Positions 16,156-25,108 of a DNA stretch of 45,672 nucleotides are shown here, in pieces. Position numbers and translations under genes: made by a program. The notes below the pieces were generated by a model. The model was not told the origin of the DNA and made no database searches. It worked only from the letters and a program-made list of their open reading frames with translations. The stretch spans positions 1 through 45,672 of the forward strand of contig JAKAHE010000001.1 in assembly GCA_021815285.1 (NCBI GenBank). Direction: 5' to 3'. Position 1 is the stretch's first letter; every line of letters starts with the position of its first letter. This DNA is from Nitrospirota bacterium (GTDB taxonomy: Bacteria > Nitrospirota > JACRHJ01).

Positions 16156-16599
16156 ATGAAGAAACGTCTGCTGGCAGCCGCATTCATGGCGGCGGTATTT
16201 TCGTCCGCACCCGCGTTCGCGGGAGTAAACATCTTCATCAGCCCGCCGCCCATACCGATACCCGTCCCGCCGGTGCCGCCTGCGCCCGTGGTAGTCCTTC
16301 CCCCGCCGCCGCCGGGCGTGGTCATCGCCCCCGGCCCGCCGTCAGACTGGTTCTGGAGTCCCAACCGTTCGGAGTGGTTCTACTACGACAGGTATCGCCA
16401 TCCGCACTTCGTCCGGGGGCACGTATTCAGGGACGACGGCAGGCACTTCTATGTCTCGCACGGCAGGTGGATGCGCGCAAGACACGATATGAGGCCGGTC
16501 AACCGGGGGCGGCACAGGGGCTGGCGCAGGGAAAGACGCGAGGACAGGAGAGAATGGCGCGGACGCGACCACGGACGCTGGAGAAGGGACGATAATTAA
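16156..16599 (+). CDS. Secreted protein with a proline-rich segment and an Arg/Trp/His-rich tail, unknown function
   Basis: Track ORF trimmed to the ATG at 16156, 8 nt after aggagg. Signal peptide MKKRLLAAAFMAAVFSSAPAFA, then PPPIPIPVPPVPPAPVVVLPPPPPG, then RGRHRGWRRERREDRREWRGRDHGRWRRDDN. Confidence 0.65.
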   Translation: MKKRLLAAAFMAAVFSSAPAFAGVNIFISPPPIPIPVPPVPPAPVVVLPPPPPGVVIAPGPPSDWFWSPNRSEWFYYDRYRHPHFVRGHVFRDDGRHFYVSHGRWMRARHDMRPVNRGRHRGWRRERREDRREWRGRDHGRWRRDDN

Positions 16600-16603
16600 A
16601 TGC

Positions 16604-16627
16604 GGGGACGCAATTTTATTGCGCCCC
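16604..16627 (+). terminator. Possible intrinsic terminator
   Basis: ggggacgcaa-tttta-ttgcgcccc forms a 9-bp stem with one bulge, directly after the stop. The downstream T-run is poor (tatagatt). Confidence 0.4.
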
Positions 16628-16651
16628 TATAGATTGCAACGTCGCCGGGGC

Positions 16652-17488
16652 TCACAGTTCCGCCTTCTCGACCTGTGGGATTTCGTATCCCAGGAAACGC
16701 TCCCCGATGGCCTTGAAACGCTCCGGGGCGTCGGTCACGTAATATTTTATAAAGCCGGTCGAGCCTGACCGGCTTTCTCTTTCGCCGGCAGGCCGGCCTC
16801 GGTCGCCGGGATTCAGGAGAGCGTTTTTCGTCAGCACGCGCATGACCTCACGCGCCGTTTCGTCCGCCGAGTCTATTAGCGCAACGGACGACCCCATGAC
16901 CCCGCCGATTACGGGTTTCAAAAGCGGGTAGTGCGTGCATCCCAGGACGAGCGTGTCGATTTCCTTGTCCTTTAGAGGCGCGAGGTACTCCTTTGCGACA
17001 AGCGCGGTAATCTCTCCTGTAAGCCTCCCCTCCTCCACGAGCGGCACGAAGAGCGGACAGGGGAGCGCGAAAATCTCAGCGCCGGGCCGGATGTTCCTTA
17101 TGAGCCTGTCGTACGCGCCTGAGGCTACGGTTGACTCCGTGCCTATGACGCCGATTCTGCCGGTATGCGTGGCGCGGGATGCGGCATACGCGCCGGGCAT
17201 TAGCACCCCGACCACGGGGATTGGCAGGCTCTCCCTGAGCGAGTTGAGCGCGGCGGCGGAAGCGGTATTGCAGGCCACGACGAGCATCTTAATATCATGG
17301 CGGACAAGGTAGTCCGCAATTTCCAGCGAGAAGCGCCGCACCGTCTCGGCGGACTTTATCCCGTACGGCACGCGCGCCGTGTCGCCGAAGTATATGAGGT
17401 TCTCGCCCGGAATCTGCCGATGGATTTCCTTCAATACCGTCAGCCCGCCGATGCCTGAATCGAATATGCCGATAGGGTTAAGATTCAT
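16652..17488 (-). CDS. murI: Glutamate racemase
   Basis: IGIFDSGIGGLTVL, VVACNTASA and LVLGCTHYPLL motifs. Confidence 0.95.
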   Translation of the reverse strand: MNLNPIGIFDSGIGGLTVLKEIHRQIPGENLIYFGDTARVPYGIKSAETVRRFSLEIADYLVRHDIKMLVVACNTASAAALNSLRESLPIPVVGVLMPGAYAASRATHTGRIGVIGTESTVASGAYDRLIRNIRPGAEIFALPCPLFVPLVEEGRLTGEITALVAKEYLAPLKDKEIDTLVLGCTHYPLLKPVIGGVMGSSVALIDSADETAREVMRVLTKNALLNPGDRGRPAGERESRSGSTGFIKYYVTDAPERFKAIGERFLGYEIPQVEKAEL

Positions 17489-18093
17489 TACTCCCTGTTC
17501 AGCGCGGTTCGGGGCGCGAAGGGGCGGGTGATGTCGATATGTCCGGCGAGGGAGCTCTCGACGTTGCCGTCTATGAGTATCTGCACCCGTTTGATGTCCG
17601 GGAAGTCCTCCGTCAACGTATTGACGACGGAGTATATCGCGAGCGTCTCCGTCCAGGCGCCGCCGGGGAACTGCGTCTGGACGTCGCGGGAGAAATCCAC
17701 GTACGCCGTTCCGGTGGAAGGGTCTATGAACGCGCTCTTTACCTGCGCCGCGGCGGGCAGGGCCGGGGCAAGGTTCGCCGAGAGCGGCCCGCGGATGAGT
17801 TCGGCCATGACTTCCTTCACCTCTTGCGTCTCGTCGGTTGACTGAGCGACCTGCCTCGTCTCCGGCGAGAGGCCGCTTCCGTCCTGGAGCGGGAAATAGA
17901 CCTTGGCGGTTATCGTCGCCCCACGCACGGCGCTCACCTCCTTGAAGGCGGGCGCGGCGGGCATTATTCTCTTTGCCGGGCGGCTTGTCGCCTGGAAGAA
18001 GTAAAAAGTGCCCACGGACAGCGCGGAGGCGAGTATCGCCGCGCCGACTATCCAGAGCCAGGATGCCCCGTCGCCCTTCACTCTCTCTTTCAC
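17488..18093 (-). CDS. GerMN-domain protein (GerM-like), membrane anchored
   Basis: N-terminal transmembrane helix, then a GerMN-like pattern VKEVMAELIRGP...AYVDFS...LAIYSVVNTLTEDFPDIKRVQILIDG. GTG start overlaps the amidase stop; its own stop overlaps the murI ATG. Confidence 0.75.
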   Translation of the reverse strand: MKERVKGDGASWLWIVGAAILASALSVGTFYFFQATSRPAKRIMPAAPAFKEVSAVRGATITAKVYFPLQDGSGLSPETRQVAQSTDETQEVKEVMAELIRGPLSANLAPALPAAAQVKSAFIDPSTGTAYVDFSRDVQTQFPGGAWTETLAIYSVVNTLTEDFPDIKRVQILIDGNVESSLAGHIDITRPFAPRTALNRE

Positions 18094-19166
18094 TTTACCA
18101 CCCCCCTGGCGAAATCCTCTATGCCCTGGGCCAGTTTCGCCGCAATCATGTCCCTGTACGCCTCGTCCATAAGCCTCTGGGCCTGGGCCGGGTCGTCCAG
18201 GTCTCCAAGCTCCGCCATAACGGCGGGCATTGCCAGGCCGTCGAAACCGGCAAGCCTCGTCTGGTGCAGCACGGGGGCGCGTCCGCTGACGGCGCCCATT
18301 TCGAGCATCAGGCTCCTCGCCAGCCTGAGGTCGTCCGGCAGGTACGGCGCGTTCTGCTCGTCCCAGACCATCGGCCCTCTGGATTTGGCCCCTGTGTCAA
18401 GCTCGCCCGCGCCAAGGGTAAAGAACTCCGGTCCCTGACCTTTTGTCCCGTATGAGCCGGAGGCGTGTATGGATATGAAAACGTCCGCTCTTGCCGCGTT
18501 GGCTATACCCGCGCGGTCATTGGAACTCGCCTCTGTATCGCCCTCCCTCGTCAGGACTACCCTGAAGCCCATTGCCGTCAATGCCTTCCTGAGCCTGAGA
18601 GCCTCGTCCATCGCAAGCTCTTTCTCGGACATGCCGCCTATTGGCGAACTGCCGAAGAAGCGCCCGCCATGACCGGGGTCTATGGCCACCGTTCGAACCG
18701 GCCTGACAATAGGCATAAAACCGGCTTTGCCGCTCTTGCCGCTGTCGTAGAAATCAAGCGCAATCCTGTTCGGCTCATTCAAGTATGACACCCTGTACCC
18801 CGGAGCGGCGGCGGACGAAAGCGTTACGACTATCGCCGGCTGGTTGTTTACCTGCGTGAAGCTGATCTCCCGGACGATGTCGCTTACAGCCTGGACGGGG
18901 GCGAAAGACAAAGACATTGTCCCGGACTGCGGATACAATATAACCCGTTTCCCTGTCGGGTCGAAGTTTATCCTGAAGGTTTCAGGACTCAAGTCGCCGG
19001 TATTGAAGACTACCCGCGTGAAGGCGTAGTAGTTCCCCGCGCCCAGGTATTTCACCTCAACCGGCCCGGCATTGCCCTGGCCGAGCGCGGCGGAGGCCGC
19101 CAGAACGAATATCAGGAGCGCGATTAGTCTTGTGGACAATAATTTCATGGAGGATAAATTTAACAT
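18090..19166 (-). CDS. N-acetylmuramoyl-L-alanine amidase (Amidase_3, AmiC-like) with an N-terminal AMIN-like domain
   Basis: Signal peptide; VAIDPGHGG and FISIHASGS catalytic-region motifs. The alternative start at 19148 (MKLLSTRL...) cannot be excluded. Confidence 0.85.
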   Translation of the reverse strand: MLNLSSMKLLSTRLIALLIFVLAASAALGQGNAGPVEVKYLGAGNYYAFTRVVFNTGDLSPETFRINFDPTGKRVILYPQSGTMSLSFAPVQAVSDIVREISFTQVNNQPAIVVTLSSAAAPGYRVSYLNEPNRIALDFYDSGKSGKAGFMPIVRPVRTVAIDPGHGGRFFGSSPIGGMSEKELAMDEALRLRKALTAMGFRVVLTREGDTEASSNDRAGIANAARADVFISIHASGSYGTKGQGPEFFTLGAGELDTGAKSRGPMVWDEQNAPYLPDDLRLARSLMLEMGAVSGRAPVLHQTRLAGFDGLAMPAVMAELGDLDDPAQAQRLMDEAYRDMIAAKLAQGIEDFARGVVK

Positions 19167-19309
19167 AAATGCGCGGTTATTTAAAGAGTTTGCTTGTATT
19201 TTTATCGCGGTGCGCGTTTATTTTACAGCTTTTCCAAAAAACCCGCCCTATTTCTGCTATAATGTTCCCAAAAGTCGCCCTGGCCTTAACAATTCGAGAT
19301 GGAGGGGTA

Positions 19310-19957
19310 ATGAGAGAGCGCCATGCACTTGCGGGATGGTTGGCGGCGGTTATGACTCTCTGCGCGGCTTCGGCCCTGGTCTCTGCCGTCCCGGCCCTTG
19401 CGGCGGTGGACACCAGTTTCTCCTGCTACCAGTGCCATTCAAAGAAAGAAATCACGCCCTGGATCGCCGAGACCTGGCTTGAGAGCGCACATGCTAAGGC
19501 AGGCGTAAAATGCCCGAGCTGTCACGGCAATCACGACAAGGGATTCGATTCGCCGCAGTTCATAGCGCACCCCGGGCAGGACGTGTGCATGAAATGTCAT
19601 CCGATAAGGGTAAAGGAGACGCTTGCCGGGGCGCACGCCGGGAAGGCGAAATGCACCTCGTGCCACCCATGGCACACCTTCTCTCTCGACGTCGCCCGCG
19701 ACCCGGAGATCTGCCGGACGTGCCACGACTCCGAACACGCAAAAAGCTATTTCCGCTCGAAGATGTACGTGGTATACAAGGTCATGGGGCCGAAATACAG
19801 CGCAACGTGCCAGAGGTGCCACATGCCGGACGGCGACCACAACGTAAGCGATACCATCTCCTCGAAGGAACTCATGCTCAAGGTATGCAACCGATGTCAT
19901 TCGGCGTCCTTCGCCGGCAATGTGCTCTCCAAGGGAGAGCTTAAAACGCACTGGTGA
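19310..19957 (+). CDS. Periplasmic heptaheme c-type cytochrome
   Basis: Trimmed to the ATG at 19310, after ggagggg. Signal peptide, then seven CxxCH motifs: CYQCH, CPSCH, CMKCH, CTSCH, CRTCH, CQRCH, CNRCH. Confidence 0.85.
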   Translation: MRERHALAGWLAAVMTLCAASALVSAVPALAAVDTSFSCYQCHSKKEITPWIAETWLESAHAKAGVKCPSCHGNHDKGFDSPQFIAHPGQDVCMKCHPIRVKETLAGAHAGKAKCTSCHPWHTFSLDVARDPEICRTCHDSEHAKSYFRSKMYVVYKVMGPKYSATCQRCHMPDGDHNVSDTISSKELMLKVCNRCHSASFAGNVLSKGELKTHW

Positions 19958-19961
19958 TGTT

Positions 19962-20270
19962 ATGCTTCCGATAAGGCTTGACGACGAGATAGAGTTTAAC
20001 CCGGAGCGGGCGCGGACGAAGATGCTTTTCGACTCCCCGGCCTTCCGGGTCGTGCTCTTCTGCCTTGAAGAAGGCCAGGGGGTTCCCCGCCACGTATCGC
20101 CGGCGGAAGTGGTGATGTTCGTCTACAAAGGCAGCGGGAGTTTTATCGTCGGGGAGAGCGAATTAAGGCTCAAGGAAGGCGATATGATAACCTCGCGCCC
20201 GAACGAGCAGCACGGTTTCCGTTCGGACGGCGAACGCATGGTAATCCTTGCGCTGGTTATAAACCCTTGA
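19962..20270 (+). CDS. Cupin-domain protein
   Basis: Trimmed to the ATG at 19962, 2 nt after the cytochrome stop. VPRHVSPAEVVMFVYKGSG...GDMITSRPNEQHGF resembles the two cupin motifs. Confidence 0.65.
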   Translation: MLPIRLDDEIEFNPERARTKMLFDSPAFRVVLFCLEEGQGVPRHVSPAEVVMFVYKGSGSFIVGESELRLKEGDMITSRPNEQHGFRSDGERMVILALVINP

Positions 20271-20487
20271 AAACCTCCCCGAACCTCGCCCTTATTTTTT
20301 CCGCCTGAGGGATGCCTATGAAAAGCTTCACCATTCCCTCGACACGCTCGGCGGCCTTTCTAAGGGCCTCCGGGTCCGCGCCGGCGTCGTCTATGGCCTT
20401 GTCTATCCTCGAAAGGAAAATGCTGCTCGGCATATCCCCAAGTATATTCCGGATGTCCTTTTTCAGTATCTCGGCCTGTTCCGGCAT
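20257..20487 (-). CDS. Small soluble hypothetical protein (76 aa)
   Basis: ORF 8 nt downstream of the second membrane paralogue. Helical, charged composition. Its 3' end overlaps the convergent cupin gene by 14 nt. Confidence 0.5.
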   Translation of the reverse strand: MPEQAEILKKDIRNILGDMPSSIFLSRIDKAIDDAGADPEALRKAAERVEGMVKLFIGIPQAEKIRARFGEVFKGL

Positions 20488-20495
20488 CTGAATCC

Positions 20496-20792
20496 CTATA
20501 CCCCAGCTTCTTCAAGTATCATCTGGAACAGGTTTATGACGATAACAGCGAACAGGGCCGCGAAGAGAAACATTACACCCGTCAATACCTGTCTGGAATA
20601 CTCCGGGAGCATGGTATAAAAAGGCACGGCGAGGTAGCCCGCGAAGAAAAGACCTATAAGTTCGGAGAGTATATTGCAGGCGGTCTTCATAACGCCGCCC
20701 GGTATGCGCCTCCTGAGGCGGTATACGCGAAACCACGCGTACCCCATCAGCGCTATCGGCGCCAGTTCCATTATTTTCTCCCATGTCATCAT
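20496..20792 (-). CDS. 98-aa three-helix membrane protein, paralogue 2
   Basis: Trimmed to the ATG at 20792, 1 nt after the upstream stop. Shares R-x-IPGG, FxAGYL-x2-PF, LP and VIVINLF with the upstream gene, aligned without gaps. Confidence 0.65.
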   Translation of the reverse strand: MMTWEKIMELAPIALMGYAWFRVYRLRRRIPGGVMKTACNILSELIGLFFAGYLAVPFYTMLPEYSRQVLTGVMFLFAALFAVIVINLFQMILEEAGV

Positions 20793-20793
20793 T

Positions 20794-21090
20794 TCAGAAC
20801 CCCATCTCGGATACAATCCTGTAAAAGAGGTTGATAACGATTACGACGAATATCGCCCCTAATAAAAATATTACGCCCACGACTGTGTCTTTTATCAACT
20901 GCGGCAGGTAAGGAAAGAAAGGCGTTGTCAGGTAGCCTGCCGCGAATATGACTATAATCCATGACAGCGCCTTCCATGTATCCTTGACCGTCCCGCCCGG
21001 TATCTTGTTGCGGAGCGCAAATACGCGGTACAGCGCATAGAGCATTACGCACGTGGCGGAAACGGACAGTATCAGAAAAAGCGGGTTCAT
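20794..21090 (-). CDS. 98-aa three-helix membrane protein, paralogue 1
   Basis: Trimmed to the ATG at 21090, preceded by aaggaggcgcc. MNPLFLILSVSATCVMLYALYRVFALRNKIPGG... Confidence 0.65.
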   Translation of the reverse strand: MNPLFLILSVSATCVMLYALYRVFALRNKIPGGTVKDTWKALSWIIVIFAAGYLTTPFFPYLPQLIKDTVVGVIFLLGAIFVVIVINLFYRIVSEMGF

Positions 21091-21210
21091 GGGCGCCTCC
21101 TTAAAAACTTGAGGAAACACATTATCAAAACCGCTAATAAATGTCAACGGCTTAAATAAGTAAGCCCGGAAGAAAAATTCTTCCGGGCCAAAATAATAAA
21201 CTCTAAGTCA

Positions 21211-21237
21211 CTGGGTTCCCGCTTTCGCGGGAATGAC
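21211..21237. repeat. Repeat family B copy 2
   Basis: ctgggttcccgctttcgcgggaatgac is the reverse complement of the 25475-25501 copy with 1 mismatch. Lies between the por operon end and the small-gene operon start. Confidence 0.85.
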
Positions 21238-21264
21238 GGCAAAAGTTAACTCTCACCCATTAGC

Positions 21265-22248
21265 TTACCAGCTTTTCCCCTCTTCCGGGTCTATCGTCTC
21301 GCCTGGGTGCGAGGCGTTGTGCATACCCACGACAGAGCGCCAGTTCTCGTCCACGAGTTCCTGGAACTTCGCCAGCATCCACTCGTTCTCCGGTTTGAAG
21401 AGGTGTTTGAAACGCCCCTGCGGTTTCAGCCATTCCACTATTGGCCGACGGTTCTTCTTCGGGTTATACGTAACCGTGGCGACGCCATTTACGACCTCGT
21501 AGAGCGGCCAGAAGCACGTGTCCACGGCAAGCTTCGAGAGCGCAATCGCGTCGTTCGTCTGCGTGCGCCAGCCCCTGTTGCAGGGCGCTATGATGTTCAT
21601 GAACTTCGGGCCTTCTATGCTCATGGCCTTCTGAACCTTTGTAATAAGGTCTTTCCAGTTGTGAGGCGAGGCCTGGGCCACGAACGGCACCCCGTGGGCA
21701 AGTGCTATCCTCGTCAGGTCTTTTCGCTTCTGGGTCTTGCCCTGGAGCACTTTGCCCGCTGGCGAGGTCGTCGTGTCCGCGCCGAAGGGCGTCGCCGAGC
21801 TTCTCTGGATGCCTGTATTCATGTATGCGCCGTTGTCGTAGCAGACATACATGAAGTCGTGCCCGCGTTCAAGCGCGCCTGAGAGAGCCTGGAGGCCGAT
21901 GTCGTACGTCCCGCCGTCGCCGCCGAAGGCGAGGAATTTTATCTTCTGGTCGGCAGGTATCTTTCCCTGGCGTTTCAGGGACTGGTACATCGCCTCCACG
22001 CCGGAGATGGTGGCCGCCGCGTTCTCGAACGCGCTGTGTATCCAGGGGAGCTTCCATGCCGTATACGGGTAAATCGTGGTGGCGACTTCCAGGCAGCCGG
22101 TCGCATTCGAGATTATCACCGGCTCGTCTATGGCCATCAACACCTGCCTGACGACGATTGGCGCTCCGCACCCTGCGCACATCCTGTGCCCGCCGGTTAA
22201 GAGGTCCGGCTTCTTTGAGAGTTCCTTGAGTTTAATTGCAGCCATCAT
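21265..22248 (-). CDS. porB: 2-oxoacid:ferredoxin oxidoreductase beta subunit (TPP-binding; POR/VOR type)
   Basis: GHRMCAGCG cluster-binding N-terminus; TPP motif GGDGGTYDIGLQALSGA...CYDNGAYMNTG. Confidence 0.9.
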   Translation of the reverse strand: MMAAIKLKELSKKPDLLTGGHRMCAGCGAPIVVRQVLMAIDEPVIISNATGCLEVATTIYPYTAWKLPWIHSAFENAAATISGVEAMYQSLKRQGKIPADQKIKFLAFGGDGGTYDIGLQALSGALERGHDFMYVCYDNGAYMNTGIQRSSATPFGADTTTSPAGKVLQGKTQKRKDLTRIALAHGVPFVAQASPHNWKDLITKVQKAMSIEGPKFMNIIAPCNRGWRTQTNDAIALSKLAVDTCFWPLYEVVNGVATVTYNPKKNRRPIVEWLKPQGRFKHLFKPENEWMLAKFQELVDENWRSVVGMHNASHPGETIDPEEGKSW

Positions 22249-22256
22249 CGTCTCCT

Positions 22257-23435
22257 TTATTCTCTTACCGTTATATACTCGTAAAGGGATTTCGGGCCTT
22301 TATCCACGATTGTCGTCAGTTCCTCGAAGACCTTTCTCAGGTCGTCAAGGCCAAGGTCCCGCCCGCCAAGCCCGAAAATCTTGTTTATAGTAACCGGCCT
22401 CTTCTGGAGGTCATATAATGCGCTTCTGACCTCTATGAAGAGCGGGCCGCCCGCCGCGCCGAAACTGTCCGCACGGTCCAGCACGCACAGGGCCTTCAGG
22501 CCCTTCAGCGCGTCGGCAATCTCAAGATACGGGAACGGCCTGAAAAGCCTGGGCTTCAGCAGCCCCGCCTTTATGCCCTTCGCCCGGAACTCGTCCACGA
22601 CGACCTTCGCCGTGCCGGCGGCGGAGTTAAGCGCTATAAGGCCAATCTCCGCATCATCCATTTTATACGTCTCGAACAGCCCGTAGCTTCGCCCCGAGAG
22701 CTTCCCGTATTCCCTGCCGACCTCGATGACGACGTTCTTCGCCCGTTTGTGCGCCTCGTGGAGCTGTCTTCTGGACTCGATGTAGTAGTCCTGGAGGTGC
22801 AGCGCGCCGTATGTAACGGGATTGGCCACGTCGAGGAGCGGGTATGCCGTCCCATTGTAAGGCCCGACGAAATCCCTGACCTGCTGGTCGTCCAGGAGAT
22901 CAAGGTTCTCGATGGAGTGGGAGATGATGAACCCGTCCATGCAGGACATGACAGGCAGGTGGATATCCGGGTGCTCGCCTATGCGAACCGCCTGGATTGT
23001 ATTGTCATAGGCCTCCTGTGCGTTCTCGGCGTATATCTGAACCCAGCCGGAATCCCTGGCGCCCATGGAGTCGGAGTGGTCGCAGTGGATGTTTATCGGG
23101 GCGGAAAGCGCCCTGTTGACGCAGGAGAGGACTATCGGCAGCCTGTTTCCGGCGGCGATATAGAGCATTTCCCACATGAGCGCCAGGCCGTTTGCGGAGG
23201 TGGCGTTCATGACGCGCCCGCCGGCCGCCGCGGCCCCGATGCACGCGCTCATGGCGGAATGCTCGGATTCGACCGTAACAAGCTCCGTGTCCACCTGCCC
23301 GTTTGCGACGAACGTCGAGAACTGCTGCATTATCTCCGTGGATGGGGTAATGGGATATGCGGCGCAGACGTCCGGGTTTATCTGGCGCATGGCATTGGCC
23401 ACGGCCACGTTTCCAGTCATAGCGACTTTTTTCAT
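22257..23435 (-). CDS. porA: 2-oxoacid:ferredoxin oxidoreductase alpha subunit
   Basis: 392 aa. N-terminal MTGNVAVANAMRQINPDVCAAYPITPSTEI is typical of PorA. Sits in the G-D-A-B gene order. Confidence 0.9.
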   Translation of the reverse strand: MKKVAMTGNVAVANAMRQINPDVCAAYPITPSTEIMQQFSTFVANGQVDTELVTVESEHSAMSACIGAAAAGGRVMNATSANGLALMWEMLYIAAGNRLPIVLSCVNRALSAPINIHCDHSDSMGARDSGWVQIYAENAQEAYDNTIQAVRIGEHPDIHLPVMSCMDGFIISHSIENLDLLDDQQVRDFVGPYNGTAYPLLDVANPVTYGALHLQDYYIESRRQLHEAHKRAKNVVIEVGREYGKLSGRSYGLFETYKMDDAEIGLIALNSAAGTAKVVVDEFRAKGIKAGLLKPRLFRPFPYLEIADALKGLKALCVLDRADSFGAAGGPLFIEVRSALYDLQKRPVTINKIFGLGGRDLGLDDLRKVFEELTTIVDKGPKSLYEYITVRE

Positions 23436-23803
23436 GCCTTCACCGCCTTCTTTTCCCCGGCCATCTTGACGGCCTTCGCCTTTGCCTTCTCAAGCGCGTC
23501 GGGCTTGGCCCCTTCGGCCTCTGACATCATGACTATGGATTTCACCTTCGACGGGCATTCCAGCGCGCAGATGCCGCATCCCTTGCAGTGCAGATAGTCG
23601 AAATCCCCGCGCTCCCCGTTTTCGTCTACGGTAATCGCCGCATCCGGGCAGAACACCCAGCAGAACATGCACTGTATGCAGTTCGCCTGTATCCATATCG
23701 GACTACAGCTTCTCCATGCGCCGGTATTGTATTCCTCGGCGTTGCCCGCTTCCTTTATCAGCCCGCCTTCCGGCAGGTCCTTCCATCCCTTTGGTTTGCT
23801 CAT
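23432..23803 (-). CDS. porD: 2-oxoacid:ferredoxin oxidoreductase delta subunit (2x[4Fe-4S]) with a Lys/Ala-rich tail
   Basis: CIQCMFCWVFCP and CKGCGICALECP. Confidence 0.9.
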   Translation of the reverse strand: MSKPKGWKDLPEGGLIKEAGNAEEYNTGAWRSCSPIWIQANCIQCMFCWVFCPDAAITVDENGERGDFDYLHCKGCGICALECPSKVKSIVMMSEAEGAKPDALEKAKAKAVKMAGEKKAVKA

Positions 23804-24376
23804 TTAAGACTTCACCTCCTCGTATGCCCTGCTCGCGGCGTCCAGGTTGCTCTGGATTATTTTTTCGGCGAACTTCTTGCCGAAGCTCGCCCGAATGTCG
23901 GCAAGCAGGGTGTCGAGCTTTATAACCCCCGTCGCCTTCACGACGGCCCCAAGCATCGGCGTATTCGGCATGACGCGCCCGATGGTTTCAAGGCTTATCG
24001 CGTTCGCATCCACGCAGAACACCTTCTGGGAGGACTTCAGCTTCATCTTCTTCCGAAGTTCGTCCGGTTCTTTCGGACTGTTAATGACGAATACCGCGTC
24101 GTCCGTCGCCCCCTCGGTCACGTCCACCGTTTCGATGAGCGTCGAATCCACCACTGCCACCACCGCAGGGTTGGTAACCTGGCAGTGGATAGTCATCGGA
24201 GAATCGCTTACACGGTTGTACGCCCGAAGAGGCGCGCCCATCCTCTCCGGACCGTATTCCGGAAAGGCCTGGACGTTCTTCCCTTCGGCCATGACCGCTT
24301 CGGCCAATACCTTGGCCGCCGTGACGGTTCCCTGACCGCCCCGGCCATGCCATCTTACTTCGAGTATGCCGGCCAT
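23804..24376 (-). CDS. porG: 2-oxoacid:ferredoxin oxidoreductase gamma subunit
   Basis: EVRWHGRGGQGTVTAAKVLAEA is the typical gamma-subunit N-terminus. Confidence 0.9.
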   Translation of the reverse strand: MAGILEVRWHGRGGQGTVTAAKVLAEAVMAEGKNVQAFPEYGPERMGAPLRAYNRVSDSPMTIHCQVTNPAVVAVVDSTLIETVDVTEGATDDAVFVINSPKEPDELRKKMKLKSSQKVFCVDANAISLETIGRVMPNTPMLGAVVKATGVIKLDTLLADIRASFGKKFAEKIIQSNLDAASRAYEEVKS

Positions 24377-24423
24377 AATTTGATTACCCCCTGTGTTGCT
24401 TTAAATTGCCTGAAAACGCGCCA

Positions 24424-25017
24424 TTATTCAACTATCGTCCTTCCTTCCAGCGCCTTCGTAAGCGTCCCGGCGTCGGAGTATTCGAGTATGCCGCCGACCG
24501 GCACGCCGTATGCTATCCTCGTGAGCTTCACGCCGAGCGGCTTCAGCTTCTTCGCCACGTAAAGAGCCGTGGCCTCGCCTTTTAAATTAGGGTTCGTGGC
24601 GATGATTACCTCCTCCACGCCGCCCTTTTCCACAAGCTTCACAAGACCCCCGACCTTAGTGTCCTCCGGCCCGACGCCGTCGAGCGGCGAGAGCGCGCCC
24701 ATCAGGACGAAATACCTGCCCTTGTATGAACCCGCGGCCTCCACGGCCATGAGGTCTGATATTTCCTCGACGACCATGAGCTTATGGGAATCGCGCTTCG
24801 GGCTTGCGCAGATTGGGCATAGCTCTCCGTCGGCGATGTTATTGCATATGCTGCACGGGCGGGACTTCTCGCCGAGGTCGGTAAGCGCCTTCGCAAGAGA
24901 GGCCGCCGCGCCTTTGTCGGACTTCACGAAATGGAGCGCGAGCCGCATGGCCGTCTTCCTGCCGATGCCGGGCAGCTTCGTGAATTCCTCTACTAATTTA
25001 TTTAGTGATTCGGACAT
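24424..25017 (-). CDS. recR: Recombination protein RecR
   Basis: LVEEFTKLPGIGRKTAMRLALHF (HhH), C4 zinc finger CSICNN..CPIC, Toprim region. Confidence 0.95.
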   Translation of the reverse strand: MSESLNKLVEEFTKLPGIGRKTAMRLALHFVKSDKGAAASLAKALTDLGEKSRPCSICNNIADGELCPICASPKRDSHKLMVVEEISDLMAVEAAGSYKGRYFVLMGALSPLDGVGPEDTKVGGLVKLVEKGGVEEVIIATNPNLKGEATALYVAKKLKPLGVKLTRIAYGVPVGGILEYSDAGTLTKALEGRTIVE

Positions 25018-25037
25018 TACTTTATTGCCGTGTATTC

Positions 25038-25096
25038 TGTAGCTGCCCCATTTATGGGGCGCCTTTAAAATCGCCTGATAAATCGGGCAGCTACAA
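25038..25096. repeat. Repeat family A copy 2
   Basis: tgtagctgccccatttatggggcgcctttaaaatcgcctgataaatcgggcagctacaa, in the recR-ybaB spacer. Confidence 0.85.
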
Positions 25097-25108
25097 AGAA
25101 ACCGTCGA

